From Candidatus Woesearchaeota archaeon (GTDB lineage: Archaea; Nanobdellota; Nanobdellia; SCGC-AAA011-G17; GW2011-AR18), in contig JAGVZG010000005.1 in the NCBI GenBank assembly GCA_018302765.1, forward strand, positions 1 to 57,608: 57,608 bases of DNA. Direction: 5' to 3'. Position 1 is the stretch's first letter, and each line of letters begins with the position of its first letter. The notes beneath the pieces were generated by a model. It was given only the letters and a program-made list of their open reading frames with translations, was not told the DNA's origin and did not search any database. Shown here piece after piece: positions 48,267 to 57,608 of the stretch. The position numbers and the translations under genes are program-made.

Positions 48267-48610
48267 TATGAATATTCAGATAGTTGTGTTGTTGGCTGTG
48301 ATAACCCAGACTTTCCTCTGACGTATTTTTCCAGAAGCAATAAACCCTGAGCTATTGCTTTGTTCTGCTCAAGCAAAGATTCTAATTTTGAAGACAGGGA
48401 AGCAATTTTCGCTTCGGTACTCTCAACTTCTCCAACATGTTTTGCAGCCTCATCAAATAACGACACAAGCTTGTCTATTCTTTGAACTAATTTATTTGTA
48501 GATTCTATTAGATCTGTAACCTGCCTGGAGCTTAATTCATAGGTATGTTTTGAAGTTTCACTGTGCATGATATTATCTGAAGAACTAACCTCTTTATGCT
48601 TTTTTTCCAT
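48266..48610 (-). CDS. Coiled-coil hypothetical protein
   Basis: Heptad pattern; coupled to the downstream gene. Confidence 0.55.
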   Translation of the reverse strand: MEKKHKEVSSSDNIMHSETSKHTYELSSRQVTDLIESTNKLVQRIDKLVSLFDEAAKHVGEVESTEAKIASLSSKLESLLEQNKAIAQGLLLLEKYVRGKSGLSQPTTQLSEYS

Positions 48611-48708
48611 AATATAAATTAATCCTTGAAACTAATATAAAAAGGTTTCTTTTGACTAAAATAGCAATCAATCATAAATTATATATACATAAATATTTTA
48701 TTTTGTAT

Positions 48709-49497
48709 ATGAGAAAAAAAGGACAGGTGGCTTTGTATTTAATTATAGGATTAATTATATTGGCAATTGTTATGGTTGTTTTTTATTTTAAAGGTGAATT
48801 TTTTAAATCACTGTTTGAGAAATCAGCAGAAGAAAGTGTTCTTGTTCCACCACAACTAATGGTCGTTAAGAACCACATTGACAATTGTTTTGAAACAACA
48901 AGCAATGAAGGCTTGTTAACAATTGGTAATAATGGGGGGTATTATAAAGTTCCGACAGATAAATCTATAATCTGGTTTGCAGATAGTGTGCCTTATTATT
49001 ATCTTAACAGGGAAAATCTAGTGCCTTCAATAAAAATAATTGAAAAAGAATATTCTTCATATATTAAAGATAATATAAAATCTTGTTTGAATTTCACAGA
49101 ATTTGTCAAAATTGGCTACAGTATAAGTTCAAAAAGTCCTTTGATATCTACTAAAATAAATAATAAGACTGTAGATATAATCATGGAGTATCCAATTACA
49201 ATAAAAAAATTACAAACTTCAGTTTCATTAAGATATTTTAAGCTTAGAATTAATTCCAATGTAGCAGCTTTGCAGAAAGCTTCTGGAGATTTAGTTGATT
49301 CATATTCAAAAAAACCAGGATATGTTTGTTTAAATTGCCTAGAGAAAATATCTGCAAAAAACAATGTTTCAATTGATGCATTGCCACACCAAGATCCAAC
49401 AATCTTTGAAAATGATATTGTATGGTTTTTAATAGATGATACAGGATATGAATTAAATAATAAAACACTGACACTGAGGTTTGTAGTTGAACAATGA
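48709..49497 (+). CDS. Class III signal-peptide (archaeal pilin-like) protein
   Basis: MRKKGQVALYLIIGLIIL (KKG/Q cleavage pattern). Confidence 0.7.
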   Translation: MRKKGQVALYLIIGLIILAIVMVVFYFKGEFFKSLFEKSAEESVLVPPQLMVVKNHIDNCFETTSNEGLLTIGNNGGYYKVPTDKSIIWFADSVPYYYLNRENLVPSIKIIEKEYSSYIKDNIKSCLNFTEFVKIGYSISSKSPLISTKINNKTVDIIMEYPITIKKLQTSVSLRYFKLRINSNVAALQKASGDLVDSYSKKPGYVCLNCLEKISAKNNVSIDALPHQDPTIFENDIVWFLIDDTGYELNNKTLTLRFVVEQ

Positions 49498-51722
49498 AAA
49501 AATTTGTTATTTGTATTTTAGCTGTATTACTCTTTGTTAATTATGTCTATGCCATTCCATTTGCTACAATAGCAACTACTGGATTAAATTTTTTAGGTCC
49601 TGGCGGTGCAGAACTATCTACTTTGGTTAATACTGCAGTAACAGCTGCTGGCTGCTTTACAAGTCTAGCACTTTGTGTTGAAGGACAAATAACTGGAAAA
49701 ATTAGTGGTGAAATATATGGAAAGGCTCTTGAGTCAATAGCAAAGTCAAGTCCTGATGCAGCAAAGGCAATAATAACATACCAACAAGTAAAAGGCTATG
49801 CTCAACAAGGAGCAGAAATTATCAATGAACTAAAAGTTGATAACTATGGTTATGTTGAAAGTGGTAGTATAAAATTTAAAAGTGATTCAGAAATAGGAAA
49901 TTTTATTGGTAAGGATATTTCAAAAGAAGATATTGTTGTTGCAAATGCACAATTCTCAAAAGAAAATGGAATCACCACACTTACTATTGAAGAAGGTGGA
50001 AGGTTAGATATAAAAGATAAAGCTATAGGAAAGACAAGAGTTTATTCAAACATTGCTAAAGGTGGAGTATTTAAGTTAAATGAGAAGGGAGAAATTACAG
50101 AAGCAGATATTACTTCTAATGATAAAGGCAGCCAATTTTCATTTGGAGACAAGCTTATTGATGTGAAACCAAATACAAGGGTTGTTTATAGGAATGGCCA
50201 GATAGTTGTTTATGGGAAAGAAAAGTCATTTACTTTATCTAGTTCACTAAATGAAAAAGATAAAGGCTCTAATATAAAAATAATTGATGGTGATAGTGTA
50301 ACTATAAATGGTAATGAAATTATAGGCGTGGGCTTTCAGGGAGAGGATTTTAAAGTTGCAGGTTTAAATGGTGGATTTGGAAGAGTTGTACTTAATGATG
50401 GAAGAATTATAACTATTGGCAAAGGAACAGATGCAGTAGTGCAAGGCATTCAGCATAAAGTTTCTGGTAGTAGCTTAAATGTTTACCATGATAAAGATTT
50501 TGATCCATCTTTACATTCAGATGAAAATTATTTTAACTACGGAGAAAATAAAATTTTCTTAGGTGGTAATGGATTTACATCAAGTTTAAGAGAAGGAAAT
50601 AAAATATTTCCAGAATATATTCAAAATGAGTATGAAGGTTCTCACGCTGAGAGAGAAGCAAGATTAGAATTTACACCTCAAGATGGAAATCTGGAAATTA
50701 GTAGATTATCTCAAGCTAATAGACCTCTTGCTTTGGGGATAAATTCAGATGGAAAATTTATTGTTAATAATGGAAGATGGAAATTAGAAGCTGATGGGTC
50801 TAATATTTATAACAAGATAGAAAAAAAACCACATTATGCTCTTGCTTATGACATGAACTTTAATTATGTGGGACAAGATGGCATAACAAAAAAATATGTA
50901 CTTGATCAAAGTACGAGTTATGCTGGTGGACCAACAAAAAGAGGATTTATAAAAGGAAAGGGTTTTTTTGGACAAGTAATAAGTTCAGATGATGGAAATA
51001 GCCAAGTCAGTTTTCCTGAATATATTGAAGGATTTCCCGTAATACCAAATGCTAAAACATTTTATTATTATGATAAAAAAGGAAATAAACTTGAAAAACC
51101 AAGGCCTTCAAAATTTGAAGCCAATAAGAAAATACTTGACTATATTCCTGAATCTAAGTATGCTGATTGCTCTGGCGCTGTACAAACCATATATGCTAAT
51201 TATCAATTTCAAGACATGGTGGATGGCAACCGTGAATCAGTTAGGCTAAAAATAGAAAATGGTAGAACTCTTGAGTATAAAAATGATGGGTCTTATACTA
51301 TTTGGGATACAAAGCTAAAAAAAATTGTAACTAAAAAAGACGATAACCTTGGCGATAGCTACCAGAAGTGGCTAACAAATGTTCAAGCTTATAGTGATTC
51401 AGGAACATTGCAATCTTATTATAAAAGAGTAAATAGTTTGAAAAGTTTAAAACCTGGAGATGTAATAGCAATGATATATGGAGATGAAAATCCTGGCGGT
51501 AAAATTGCAGGACATACAAAGATAGTAAAACAGGTTATTTCAATTGATGGTAATATTTATTACAGCGTATATGGTGGTAGCACTCCAGCTCATACTGTGA
51601 GAGAAGAAGGAGATCTTGAAAGTCCATATACTCTTGGATTAGAAATAGATATTGCAGGCAATACAAAAATTATAAGATTTGAAGAAGATAAACTTAAACC
51701 TGAACTAGTTGCATCAAGATAA
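49494..51722 (+). CDS. Large secreted protein with C-terminal papain-like NlpC/P60 (DUF4846-like) domain
   Basis: Signal peptide; beta-rich middle; ADCSG...PGDVI...GHTKIV. Confidence 0.6.
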   Translation: MKKFVICILAVLLFVNYVYAIPFATIATTGLNFLGPGGAELSTLVNTAVTAAGCFTSLALCVEGQITGKISGEIYGKALESIAKSSPDAAKAIITYQQVKGYAQQGAEIINELKVDNYGYVESGSIKFKSDSEIGNFIGKDISKEDIVVANAQFSKENGITTLTIEEGGRLDIKDKAIGKTRVYSNIAKGGVFKLNEKGEITEADITSNDKGSQFSFGDKLIDVKPNTRVVYRNGQIVVYGKEKSFTLSSSLNEKDKGSNIKIIDGDSVTINGNEIIGVGFQGEDFKVAGLNGGFGRVVLNDGRIITIGKGTDAVVQGIQHKVSGSSLNVYHDKDFDPSLHSDENYFNYGENKIFLGGNGFTSSLREGNKIFPEYIQNEYEGSHAEREARLEFTPQDGNLEISRLSQANRPLALGINSDGKFIVNNGRWKLEADGSNIYNKIEKKPHYALAYDMNFNYVGQDGITKKYVLDQSTSYAGGPTKRGFIKGKGFFGQVISSDDGNSQVSFPEYIEGFPVIPNAKTFYYYDKKGNKLEKPRPSKFEANKKILDYIPESKYADCSGAVQTIYANYQFQDMVDGNRESVRLKIENGRTLEYKNDGSYTIWDTKLKKIVTKKDDNLGDSYQKWLTNVQAYSDSGTLQSYYKRVNSLKSLKPGDVIAMIYGDENPGGKIAGHTKIVKQVISIDGNIYYSVYGGSTPAHTVREEGDLESPYTLGLEIDIAGNTKIIRFEEDKLKPELVASR

Positions 51723-51723
51723 T

Positions 51724-52812
51724 TTATTCAAGCCTTCCTATATTAAATCTATCAATTGAAAAAATAGGCTCTATATTCGGTGGATTTGCTAAAGTATGAA
51801 TTATTAAATCTGACTCATCAAGAATACCGTTAGGTTTACCTTTATATATACCATTAACATCACTTTTATCTTCATATATCGCAACTACATGGCCAGGCAC
51901 AAATAACAAATCACCAGGCTGTATGTTTTTGCCAAATGAAATAGGCACTCCTTTTGAATAAAATACACCATCAATATTTTCAACGTCATTATCTTTTATT
52001 AAAATTTTTGTATTTTCCATTAAGCCACGAGCATTACTATATGGAATATTACTTCCTGTTTTTCTTGATGCCCAAGTTAACAAATCTGCACAATCAGCGC
52101 CAATATATCTTTCAGATTGGTGATCTTTACCTTTACCGGCGCTTCCATAAATATAAGGCCAGTTAAAAGCTGCAGTAATCCATCCAAGAAAACTATCATC
52201 TTTTCTAAAACTAATTCTATGAACTTCTTTAGTTATTCCTTCTACGTCAACATAATTTATTCCTGATGTTGAAAATTTTTTTTTATTATGAGTAACTTCA
52301 AGTTTGTATCTCATCGTACCTAAGCCATTATTTACATCTAATTCGCTTTTAGATGGGTGCGCATCAGCAACAACATTAAAATTATTTCCAGAATTAATTA
52401 GAGTTTCATGGTATGAAGGTGTGTTCCATATAAAATTATTTCCCCATAGGTTTGAATATGTATTTGATTCAGGTTCAATTTTATACCACTTTATACTAAT
52501 ATCTCCATTGCCCCATTTTCTGATAGAAGAAGGATCTATTTTTTTACCACCTATTACCAATTTATTAGATTCAGAGAAATATACATTTTTTCCACCAACT
52601 TTAGCTTTAACAACCGCATTTAAATCTACCCTATCCTCAAGTTTGACGTCTTTATTGCCTGTTGTACAAGGACCATTATTAACACATGAAGTTAAATGAA
52701 CTTTCTCTATTTCTAAACCTTGAGTTTGCTCTGCTGAACTTCTTTCAGGTATAAAAAACAAAGCAGCTAATGCACCAAATAAAATTTTTTTTAGCAGAGA
52801 CATTATTAACAA
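51724..52812 (-). CDS. Secreted NlpC/P60-type cysteine peptidase
   Basis: Signal peptide; PYIYG...GADCAD...PGDLLFVPGHVVAI. Confidence 0.7.
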   Translation of the reverse strand: MLIMSLLKKILFGALAALFFIPERSSAEQTQGLEIEKVHLTSCVNNGPCTTGNKDVKLEDRVDLNAVVKAKVGGKNVYFSESNKLVIGGKKIDPSSIRKWGNGDISIKWYKIEPESNTYSNLWGNNFIWNTPSYHETLINSGNNFNVVADAHPSKSELDVNNGLGTMRYKLEVTHNKKKFSTSGINYVDVEGITKEVHRISFRKDDSFLGWITAAFNWPYIYGSAGKGKDHQSERYIGADCADLLTWASRKTGSNIPYSNARGLMENTKILIKDNDVENIDGVFYSKGVPISFGKNIQPGDLLFVPGHVVAIYEDKSDVNGIYKGKPNGILDESDLIIHTLANPPNIEPIFSIDRFNIGRLE

Positions 52813-53005
52813 ATATATTTCTCCTTTGATTTTGCTATGGTACTTGCCAAAGGTTCAAGTTTTATAAACCTTTCCTTTTGTTATTACCAATAAATAGTAA
52901 ACAAATACAAAAATAAAGCCATTTTCTAGACCTTCAAAATATATAAACTTTTCTTGAAACTGCCATTTGCAACAGTTTTATAAATACTACATTATTAATG
53001 CTGCG

Positions 53006-54025
53006 ATGCTATCTGAAACATTTAAACAATTTAAGGGGAAAGACGCATTTATAGACATCTATGGCCAAGAAGAAGCAAAGAGACAAATACTTTCTGCCTT
53101 AATTATGAACAGGCATATTGTACTTGTTGGGCCTCCTGGCATAGGAAAAACAACACTAGCAAAGAACATAGCAAAATTATTGCCAGAAGCAAAAGTTAAT
53201 GACTGTAATTTTCACTGCATTCCAGACAAGCCTTTTTGTCCAGAATGTAAAATAAGTGGTGCAAAAAAAACAAAGATACTGAAAGGAGAAGAACGTTTTG
53301 TCAGAATACAAGGAAGCCCTGACCTAACAGTAGAGGATCTCCTTGGAGACATAGATCCTATAAAAGCAATGAAGTTTGGACCTTTGGCTATAGAAAGTTT
53401 TACGCCTGGCAAAATATTCAAAGCAAACCAAGGAGTTTTATTTTTTGACGAATTAAACAGGGCTCCTGAAAAAATACAAAATGCATTATTGCAGGTTTTG
53501 GAAGAAGGAAAAGCAACAATTGGAAGCTATGATTTAGATTTGGAAGCAAGTTTTATTTTAATAGCCACAATGAATCCAGAAGACTTTGCAGCAACAGAAA
53601 AATTGTCAGAAGTTCTTTTAGACAGGTTTGATTTTATTTTTATAAAATATCCAGAGGCATTAGACATAGAGAAGAAAATTGTCAGAGACAAATCAGAAAC
53701 TCTTAGTGAAGTAAAATTTCCAGATGGGCTATTAAATGCAACACTTGGATTTATAAGATCATTAAGAAACAATGAAAATCTGGAAAGGGTTCCTAGTGTA
53801 AGGGCTTCTATTGGATTATATGAAAGAGCACAGTCAAATGCTTTGCTGTCAAATAGAAAAGAAGTGATAATAGAAGACGTGCTAGAAGCATTTAATTCTG
53901 TTGTTGCACACAGAATAAGATTAAAGCCAAGCGTAAGATACCTTATGAATGCCAAAGATTTCTTATCTAAGGAATTTAATAATTTCAAGGAAACTGCTGA
54001 AAAAGAAGGCAGTGATTATCCCTAA
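53006..54025 (+). CDS. MoxR/BchI-like AAA+ ATPase
   Basis: GPPGIGKT, CNFHC...CPEC, DELNR, LLDRF. Confidence 0.85.
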   Translation: MLSETFKQFKGKDAFIDIYGQEEAKRQILSALIMNRHIVLVGPPGIGKTTLAKNIAKLLPEAKVNDCNFHCIPDKPFCPECKISGAKKTKILKGEERFVRIQGSPDLTVEDLLGDIDPIKAMKFGPLAIESFTPGKIFKANQGVLFFDELNRAPEKIQNALLQVLEEGKATIGSYDLDLEASFILIATMNPEDFAATEKLSEVLLDRFDFIFIKYPEALDIEKKIVRDKSETLSEVKFPDGLLNATLGFIRSLRNNENLERVPSVRASIGLYERAQSNALLSNRKEVIIEDVLEAFNSVVAHRIRLKPSVRYLMNAKDFLSKEFNNFKETAEKEGSDYP

Positions 54026-55178
54026 TTTAGACATAAAAGAACTTAAAAAAGGACATGAGCAAAAAGGTTCTCTAGACACAGATGAAGGACTTAGTCATTC
54101 TATAGTTGAAGGCAATAAACAAAGAGTGCAGCAAGGTATGCTGCTAGATTCTGCTTTAAATCAAGGCTTATTTGCCTTTAATCCAGACATGATGTTTGAG
54201 AACTTAGTTAAAGATTATAGTAATGCAGAAAAAATATACGGAGAGAGCTTTCTAAGATTTGCTTCTGGCTATGATAATAATACAATAAAGAAAAATATTA
54301 GGTTTCCTGAGTTCCAGAGAGAACTAAAGAAAAACCTAAAACAAACAGAACAAGAGCTAAAAGACGAAGACCTGATTGACAAAGAAGGTTCAATAACAGA
54401 TAAGGGTTTTAGCTTGGCTTCTATTGTGCTATATATGCAGGAACTTGATGACTTAAGAGCCAAGGGTTTTGGAGATAAAAAAACAAAAAAAGCAATGGTA
54501 TATGGAGATAAAGAAAACACAAGAAATTTTAGGCCACATGACCGTTACAAAGACATAGCGATAAAATCATCTGTGAGAAAAGCAATAAGAAGAAGACACA
54601 GTGGTCTTTCTAATGAAGACCTGCAAGTATTTGAAAGAGACAACAAAGGAAAAATATTCATTGTCTATGGACTAGACGCCTCTGGAAGCATGAAGGGAAA
54701 AAAGATAGAGATATGCAAAAAAGCAGGCATTGCATTGGCTTATAAGGCAATAGATGAACAAGATAGTGTTGGATTAGTTGTATTTGGAAGCGAAATTGAA
54801 GACGTAGTTTACCCTACTAAAGACTTTTCACAGTTTATTCATGCTATTGTGAAAATAAGGGCAAAAAAGCAGACAGACATTGCATTAACTATAGAAAAAG
54901 CAATAGAAATGTTTCCAAGAGACAATGTTACCAAGCACCTAGTACTAATTACAGATGCTGCACCTACTGTTGGCTCAGATCCAAGTAAAAATACTTTGAA
55001 CCTTGTTGAGAGAGCAGCTGCTATAGGAATTACTATATCAGTAATAGGAATTGATCTTAATAAAGAATCAACAGAGCTAGCCAAAAGAATTGTTGAAATT
55101 GGCAGAGGCAGACTGTACGTTGTTAAAGACCTAGAAAACCTTGACAGAGTTGTTCTGCAAGATTATTATAGTTTATAG
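53949..55178 (+). CDS. von Willebrand factor A domain protein (AAA+ partner)
   Basis: LDASGS MIDAS, TD, ITD; probable GTG start at 54012. Confidence 0.85.
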   Translation: MPKISYLRNLIISRKLLKKKAVIIPNLDIKELKKGHEQKGSLDTDEGLSHSIVEGNKQRVQQGMLLDSALNQGLFAFNPDMMFENLVKDYSNAEKIYGESFLRFASGYDNNTIKKNIRFPEFQRELKKNLKQTEQELKDEDLIDKEGSITDKGFSLASIVLYMQELDDLRAKGFGDKKTKKAMVYGDKENTRNFRPHDRYKDIAIKSSVRKAIRRRHSGLSNEDLQVFERDNKGKIFIVYGLDASGSMKGKKIEICKKAGIALAYKAIDEQDSVGLVVFGSEIEDVVYPTKDFSQFIHAIVKIRAKKQTDIALTIEKAIEMFPRDNVTKHLVLITDAAPTVGSDPSKNTLNLVERAAAIGITISVIGIDLNKESTELAKRIVEIGRGRLYVVKDLENLDRVVLQDYYSL

Positions 55179-55241
55179 ACACTATCCTTAAGTAGCTACA
55201 TTATAGAAAGTTTTATAAAGAAATTAAATTTTCAGAAAATT

Positions 55242-55901
55242 ATGGCTAAACCTAAAGCAAATATAAGAAAAAGAAAACCTAACCCATTTGGCGGTTCTAG
55301 AAAACAAGGAGAAATTGAACATTTAGTAAATAATTACTATAAGAGTTTGCAACCTCTAGGAGAAGAAGTTTATGATTATTGTGGAAGGGCTATTTGTGTT
55401 GTTTTAGGACAAAATGTTTATAGATTAACATTAGATAATTTAACTAGTGATGAACAACTTAGAAAATTAAGAAGATTAGAAATTAAAGCTGAATTAGACA
55501 GATTGGATTTTGCTTTTGATTTTTTTAGAGCACTATGTGCAAAATATCATTCTGACCAAGGTGGTTTGGGTTTTGATACAGCACCTTATAACTCAAGAAA
55601 CGCAACAAATTTAGAATATAAAAAAACTGCTGCTCCTACTCTAATTGGAAAAGGCTTTTGGAGTACAGGCAATTTGCCAACTTTAAGAGAAAAATTAGTT
55701 TCTGGAGAGCAATTTGGATATGTTTATGTTTTAGGAGGAAATCCAGCAGCTTTATCACCATTAGTATTACATATGCCATTAGACAGCAACGGAAGAAAAG
55801 ATGGATATGTTTTAAGACATGGTTTAACAGATACTAAAGAGAATACTCTTGCGTATGCAAAATTCTTAGATGATGCGCGAAGTGGCAGAATTAAATTATA
55901 A
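55242..55901 (+). CDS. Hypothetical protein
   Basis: 219-aa ORF, no motif recognised. Confidence 0.55.
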   Translation: MAKPKANIRKRKPNPFGGSRKQGEIEHLVNNYYKSLQPLGEEVYDYCGRAICVVLGQNVYRLTLDNLTSDEQLRKLRRLEIKAELDRLDFAFDFFRALCAKYHSDQGGLGFDTAPYNSRNATNLEYKKTAAPTLIGKGFWSTGNLPTLREKLVSGEQFGYVYVLGGNPAALSPLVLHMPLDSNGRKDGYVLRHGLTDTKENTLAYAKFLDDARSGRIKL

Positions 55902-55988
55902 TTTACCTTTTGTTTATTCTTTGTTACACACCAAAATAAAAATATCTATATTGGAAATAATTAAATACAATAAAAATTAACTAATCCT

Positions 55989-56348
55989 ATGACAAAAAAT
56001 ATATCTTTGTATTTGTCATTTTTAGCAGTTCTGTTATTATTAATAGTATTTGTAATTTATATATTTCAAAATACATCAAAAGATTTATCAGAAACTCAAA
56101 CATGTTCTCGTGAAAGAAATAATTTCATAGAATGTAAATCAGGATATGAGTGTTATGAATCTTGGAGCGGAGGCATAAATCCAAGCAATATTCCAGTTAC
56201 TCCAAAAAAAGTTGGTGGCGACGGATTATGCCATAAAATTTGTAAAACAGATAGCGATTGTCCTGTTGAAACTCCTTTTTGTATTTTAGTAAACAGAATT
56301 ACAGATGACTATATAGAATCTCTTTCTTTGTGTTTTGCAGATAAATAA
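55989..56348 (+). CDS. Membrane-anchored Cys-rich extracellular protein
   Basis: N-terminal TM and 8 cysteines. Confidence 0.6.
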   Translation: MTKNISLYLSFLAVLLLLIVFVIYIFQNTSKDLSETQTCSRERNNFIECKSGYECYESWSGGINPSNIPVTPKKVGGDGLCHKICKTDSDCPVETPFCILVNRITDDYIESLSLCFADK

Positions 56349-56495
56349 CAAAAATAAAGCCCAAAAGAAAGTTCATTGCCCAAATTTAGTACAAATATTG
56401 TACTTATAAACATTCTTGCATTGTAACAATTAAAAGCATTAATAATTGTTTTATTAATAAGATTTTTATATATATTAGATAATTTTTATTTCATT

Positions 56496-56969
56496 ATGGA
56501 TGTATTCGCACATGGATTATGGACTTATGCAATTTATTATAAAAAGAAATACAGACTGCTTGCAGCTTTTATTGGCGTTATGCCTGACTTAGTTGCTTTT
56601 GGATTCTTCTTTATATATAATTTATTCTTGAATGGTCTTGCATTTGGAAAGCCTGCTTTAAATTCAATTCCAGAATACGTATTTGTTGGTTATAATTTTA
56701 CACATAGCTTGGTTATATTTTTACTTGTTGTATTTACAATTTATTATATTACTAGAAAAATTCCATGGCTTTTAGGTGGCTGGTTATTCCATATATTAAT
56801 AGATATACCAACACATACAAGAGAATTTTTTCCAACGCCATTTTTGTGGCCAATAAGTTATTACAAAATCAGTGGAATAAGCTGGGGAAATACATATTTT
56901 ATGATAATTAATTATTCTTTACTTGTAATTGTTTATATTTATTTGCTAGCTTTTTCAAAAAGAAAATAA
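56496..56969 (+). CDS. Membrane-bound metal-dependent hydrolase (YdjM-like)
   Basis: AHG, PD, THS and HILID motifs within TM helices. Confidence 0.8.
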   Translation: MDVFAHGLWTYAIYYKKKYRLLAAFIGVMPDLVAFGFFFIYNLFLNGLAFGKPALNSIPEYVFVGYNFTHSLVIFLLVVFTIYYITRKIPWLLGGWLFHILIDIPTHTREFFPTPFLWPISYYKISGISWGNTYFMIINYSLLVIVYIYLLAFSKRK

Positions 56970-57090
56970 ATTCTATTCATAAGCATAATAATTATCCCAA
57001 TAACTCCTGTTATTACTCATTGAGTTATATATAAATTATTTTTTATAACTTAAATTTATACAAAGAAATCTTTTCGTAAAAAAGAAAAAA

Positions 57091-57438
57091 TTATTCCTTA
57101 AACAAATAAGCAACAGCCAATGATACAATACCTATTGCAATATGCAGCACTGTTGTTGCTGTGTTTATGTTAAGGAAATTCAACAAAAAGTCTTTTACTA
57201 ATGGAATAAATCCAGATACACCTAAAGCAAGACCTATCCAACCAATGAATAAATTATACATCTTGCCTTGTCCCCAGACTCCTGAATAAATCCCAAAAAC
57301 AGCGGCAATTAAGTGTAAAATATCTTGGATTATATTTACGCCAAACAAACCAAGAATTAAATCTGTAAATAATCCCCATATACCAATCACTGCCAGAACC
57401 AAACCTAAAACAAAGGCATATATTTTTTGTACGTCCAT
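57091..57438 (-). CDS. DUF4383-like membrane protein
   Basis: GLFGVN...DILHL...TVLHIAIG; four TM segments. Confidence 0.65.
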   Translation of the reverse strand: MDVQKIYAFVLGLVLAVIGIWGLFTDLILGLFGVNIIQDILHLIAAVFGIYSGVWGQGKMYNLFIGWIGLALGVSGFIPLVKDFLLNFLNINTATTVLHIAIGIVSLAVAYLFKE

Positions 57439-57507
57439 TGAGTCACCTCTTATCTAAAAATATATTAATATCTCATAGAAGCAGAATATTATAAAAGTTT
57501 TGATATT

Positions 57508-57608
57508 TTAGGCTCTGTCCTGAGTCTCTAGAACAATACCTAACAAGTTATGGCAGATTAGTCTGCCATATATTTCAGCCTTTATTGTTTTAGCACTTTT
57601 AGAGCTTA
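57508..57608 (-). mobile_element. 3' end of a probable IS (IS5-like DDE transposase C-terminus), cut by the window edge
   Basis: Minus frame reads SSKSAKTIKAEIYGRLICHNLLGIVLETQDRA*; GC-richer than its flank; ends GACAGAGCC then TAA. Confidence 0.45.

Noticed and set aside
1431-54520. Numerous 60-150 aa ORFs antisense to or nested in long genes (e.g. 7588-7923, 8473-8895, 23890-24273, 38590-39024, 52304-52699, 53527-53988)
   Set aside because: Shadow ORFs of well-supported genes; biased composition, no motifs or RBS
53006-55178. Magnesium chelatase / chlorophyll synthesis
   Set aside because: No ChlH or tetrapyrrole genes; generic AAA+/vWA pairs are common in archaea

Overview
AT-rich archaeal DNA, most consistent with a DPANN/Nanobdellota (Woesearchaeota/Pacearchaeota-like) genome. 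This is inferred from the BHB-intron tRNA, TATA-type promoters, COG1361 S-layer gene, class III signal peptide and tandem Lrp regulator. The centre of the window is a tRNA-Ser(GGA) gene with two introns (11366-11484) whose 3' end is an integration hotspot. (1) A 23.8-kb integrative element (11474-35245) has a 13-bp core direct repeat and 18-bp inverted arms. It carries a tyrosine integrase, a radical SAM/SPASM + six-Cys peptide + HExxH cluster, a type III R-M system, several PD-(D/E)XK nucleases, a C5 methyltransferase, and a minimal VirB2/VirB6/VirB4 T4SS-like module with no recognisable relaxase, interleaved with opposite-strand cargo genes. (2) Directly after attR lie two integrase-less 1.2-1.4 kb modules (HTH-MNT/HEPN; Fic), delimited by degenerate copies of the tRNA 3' end, which suggests integron-like cassette accretion. 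The flanks hold host-like genes (copA, trhO, O-methyltransferase, metallophosphoesterase, ABC/S-layer operon, iscSU, AAA+/vWA), an HD/IucA-like/kinase operon, two convergent secreted NlpC/P60-type proteins, a short MITE-like insertion at the left edge and a probable IS end at the right edge. All protein calls come from motif recognition by eye; no database searches were run.
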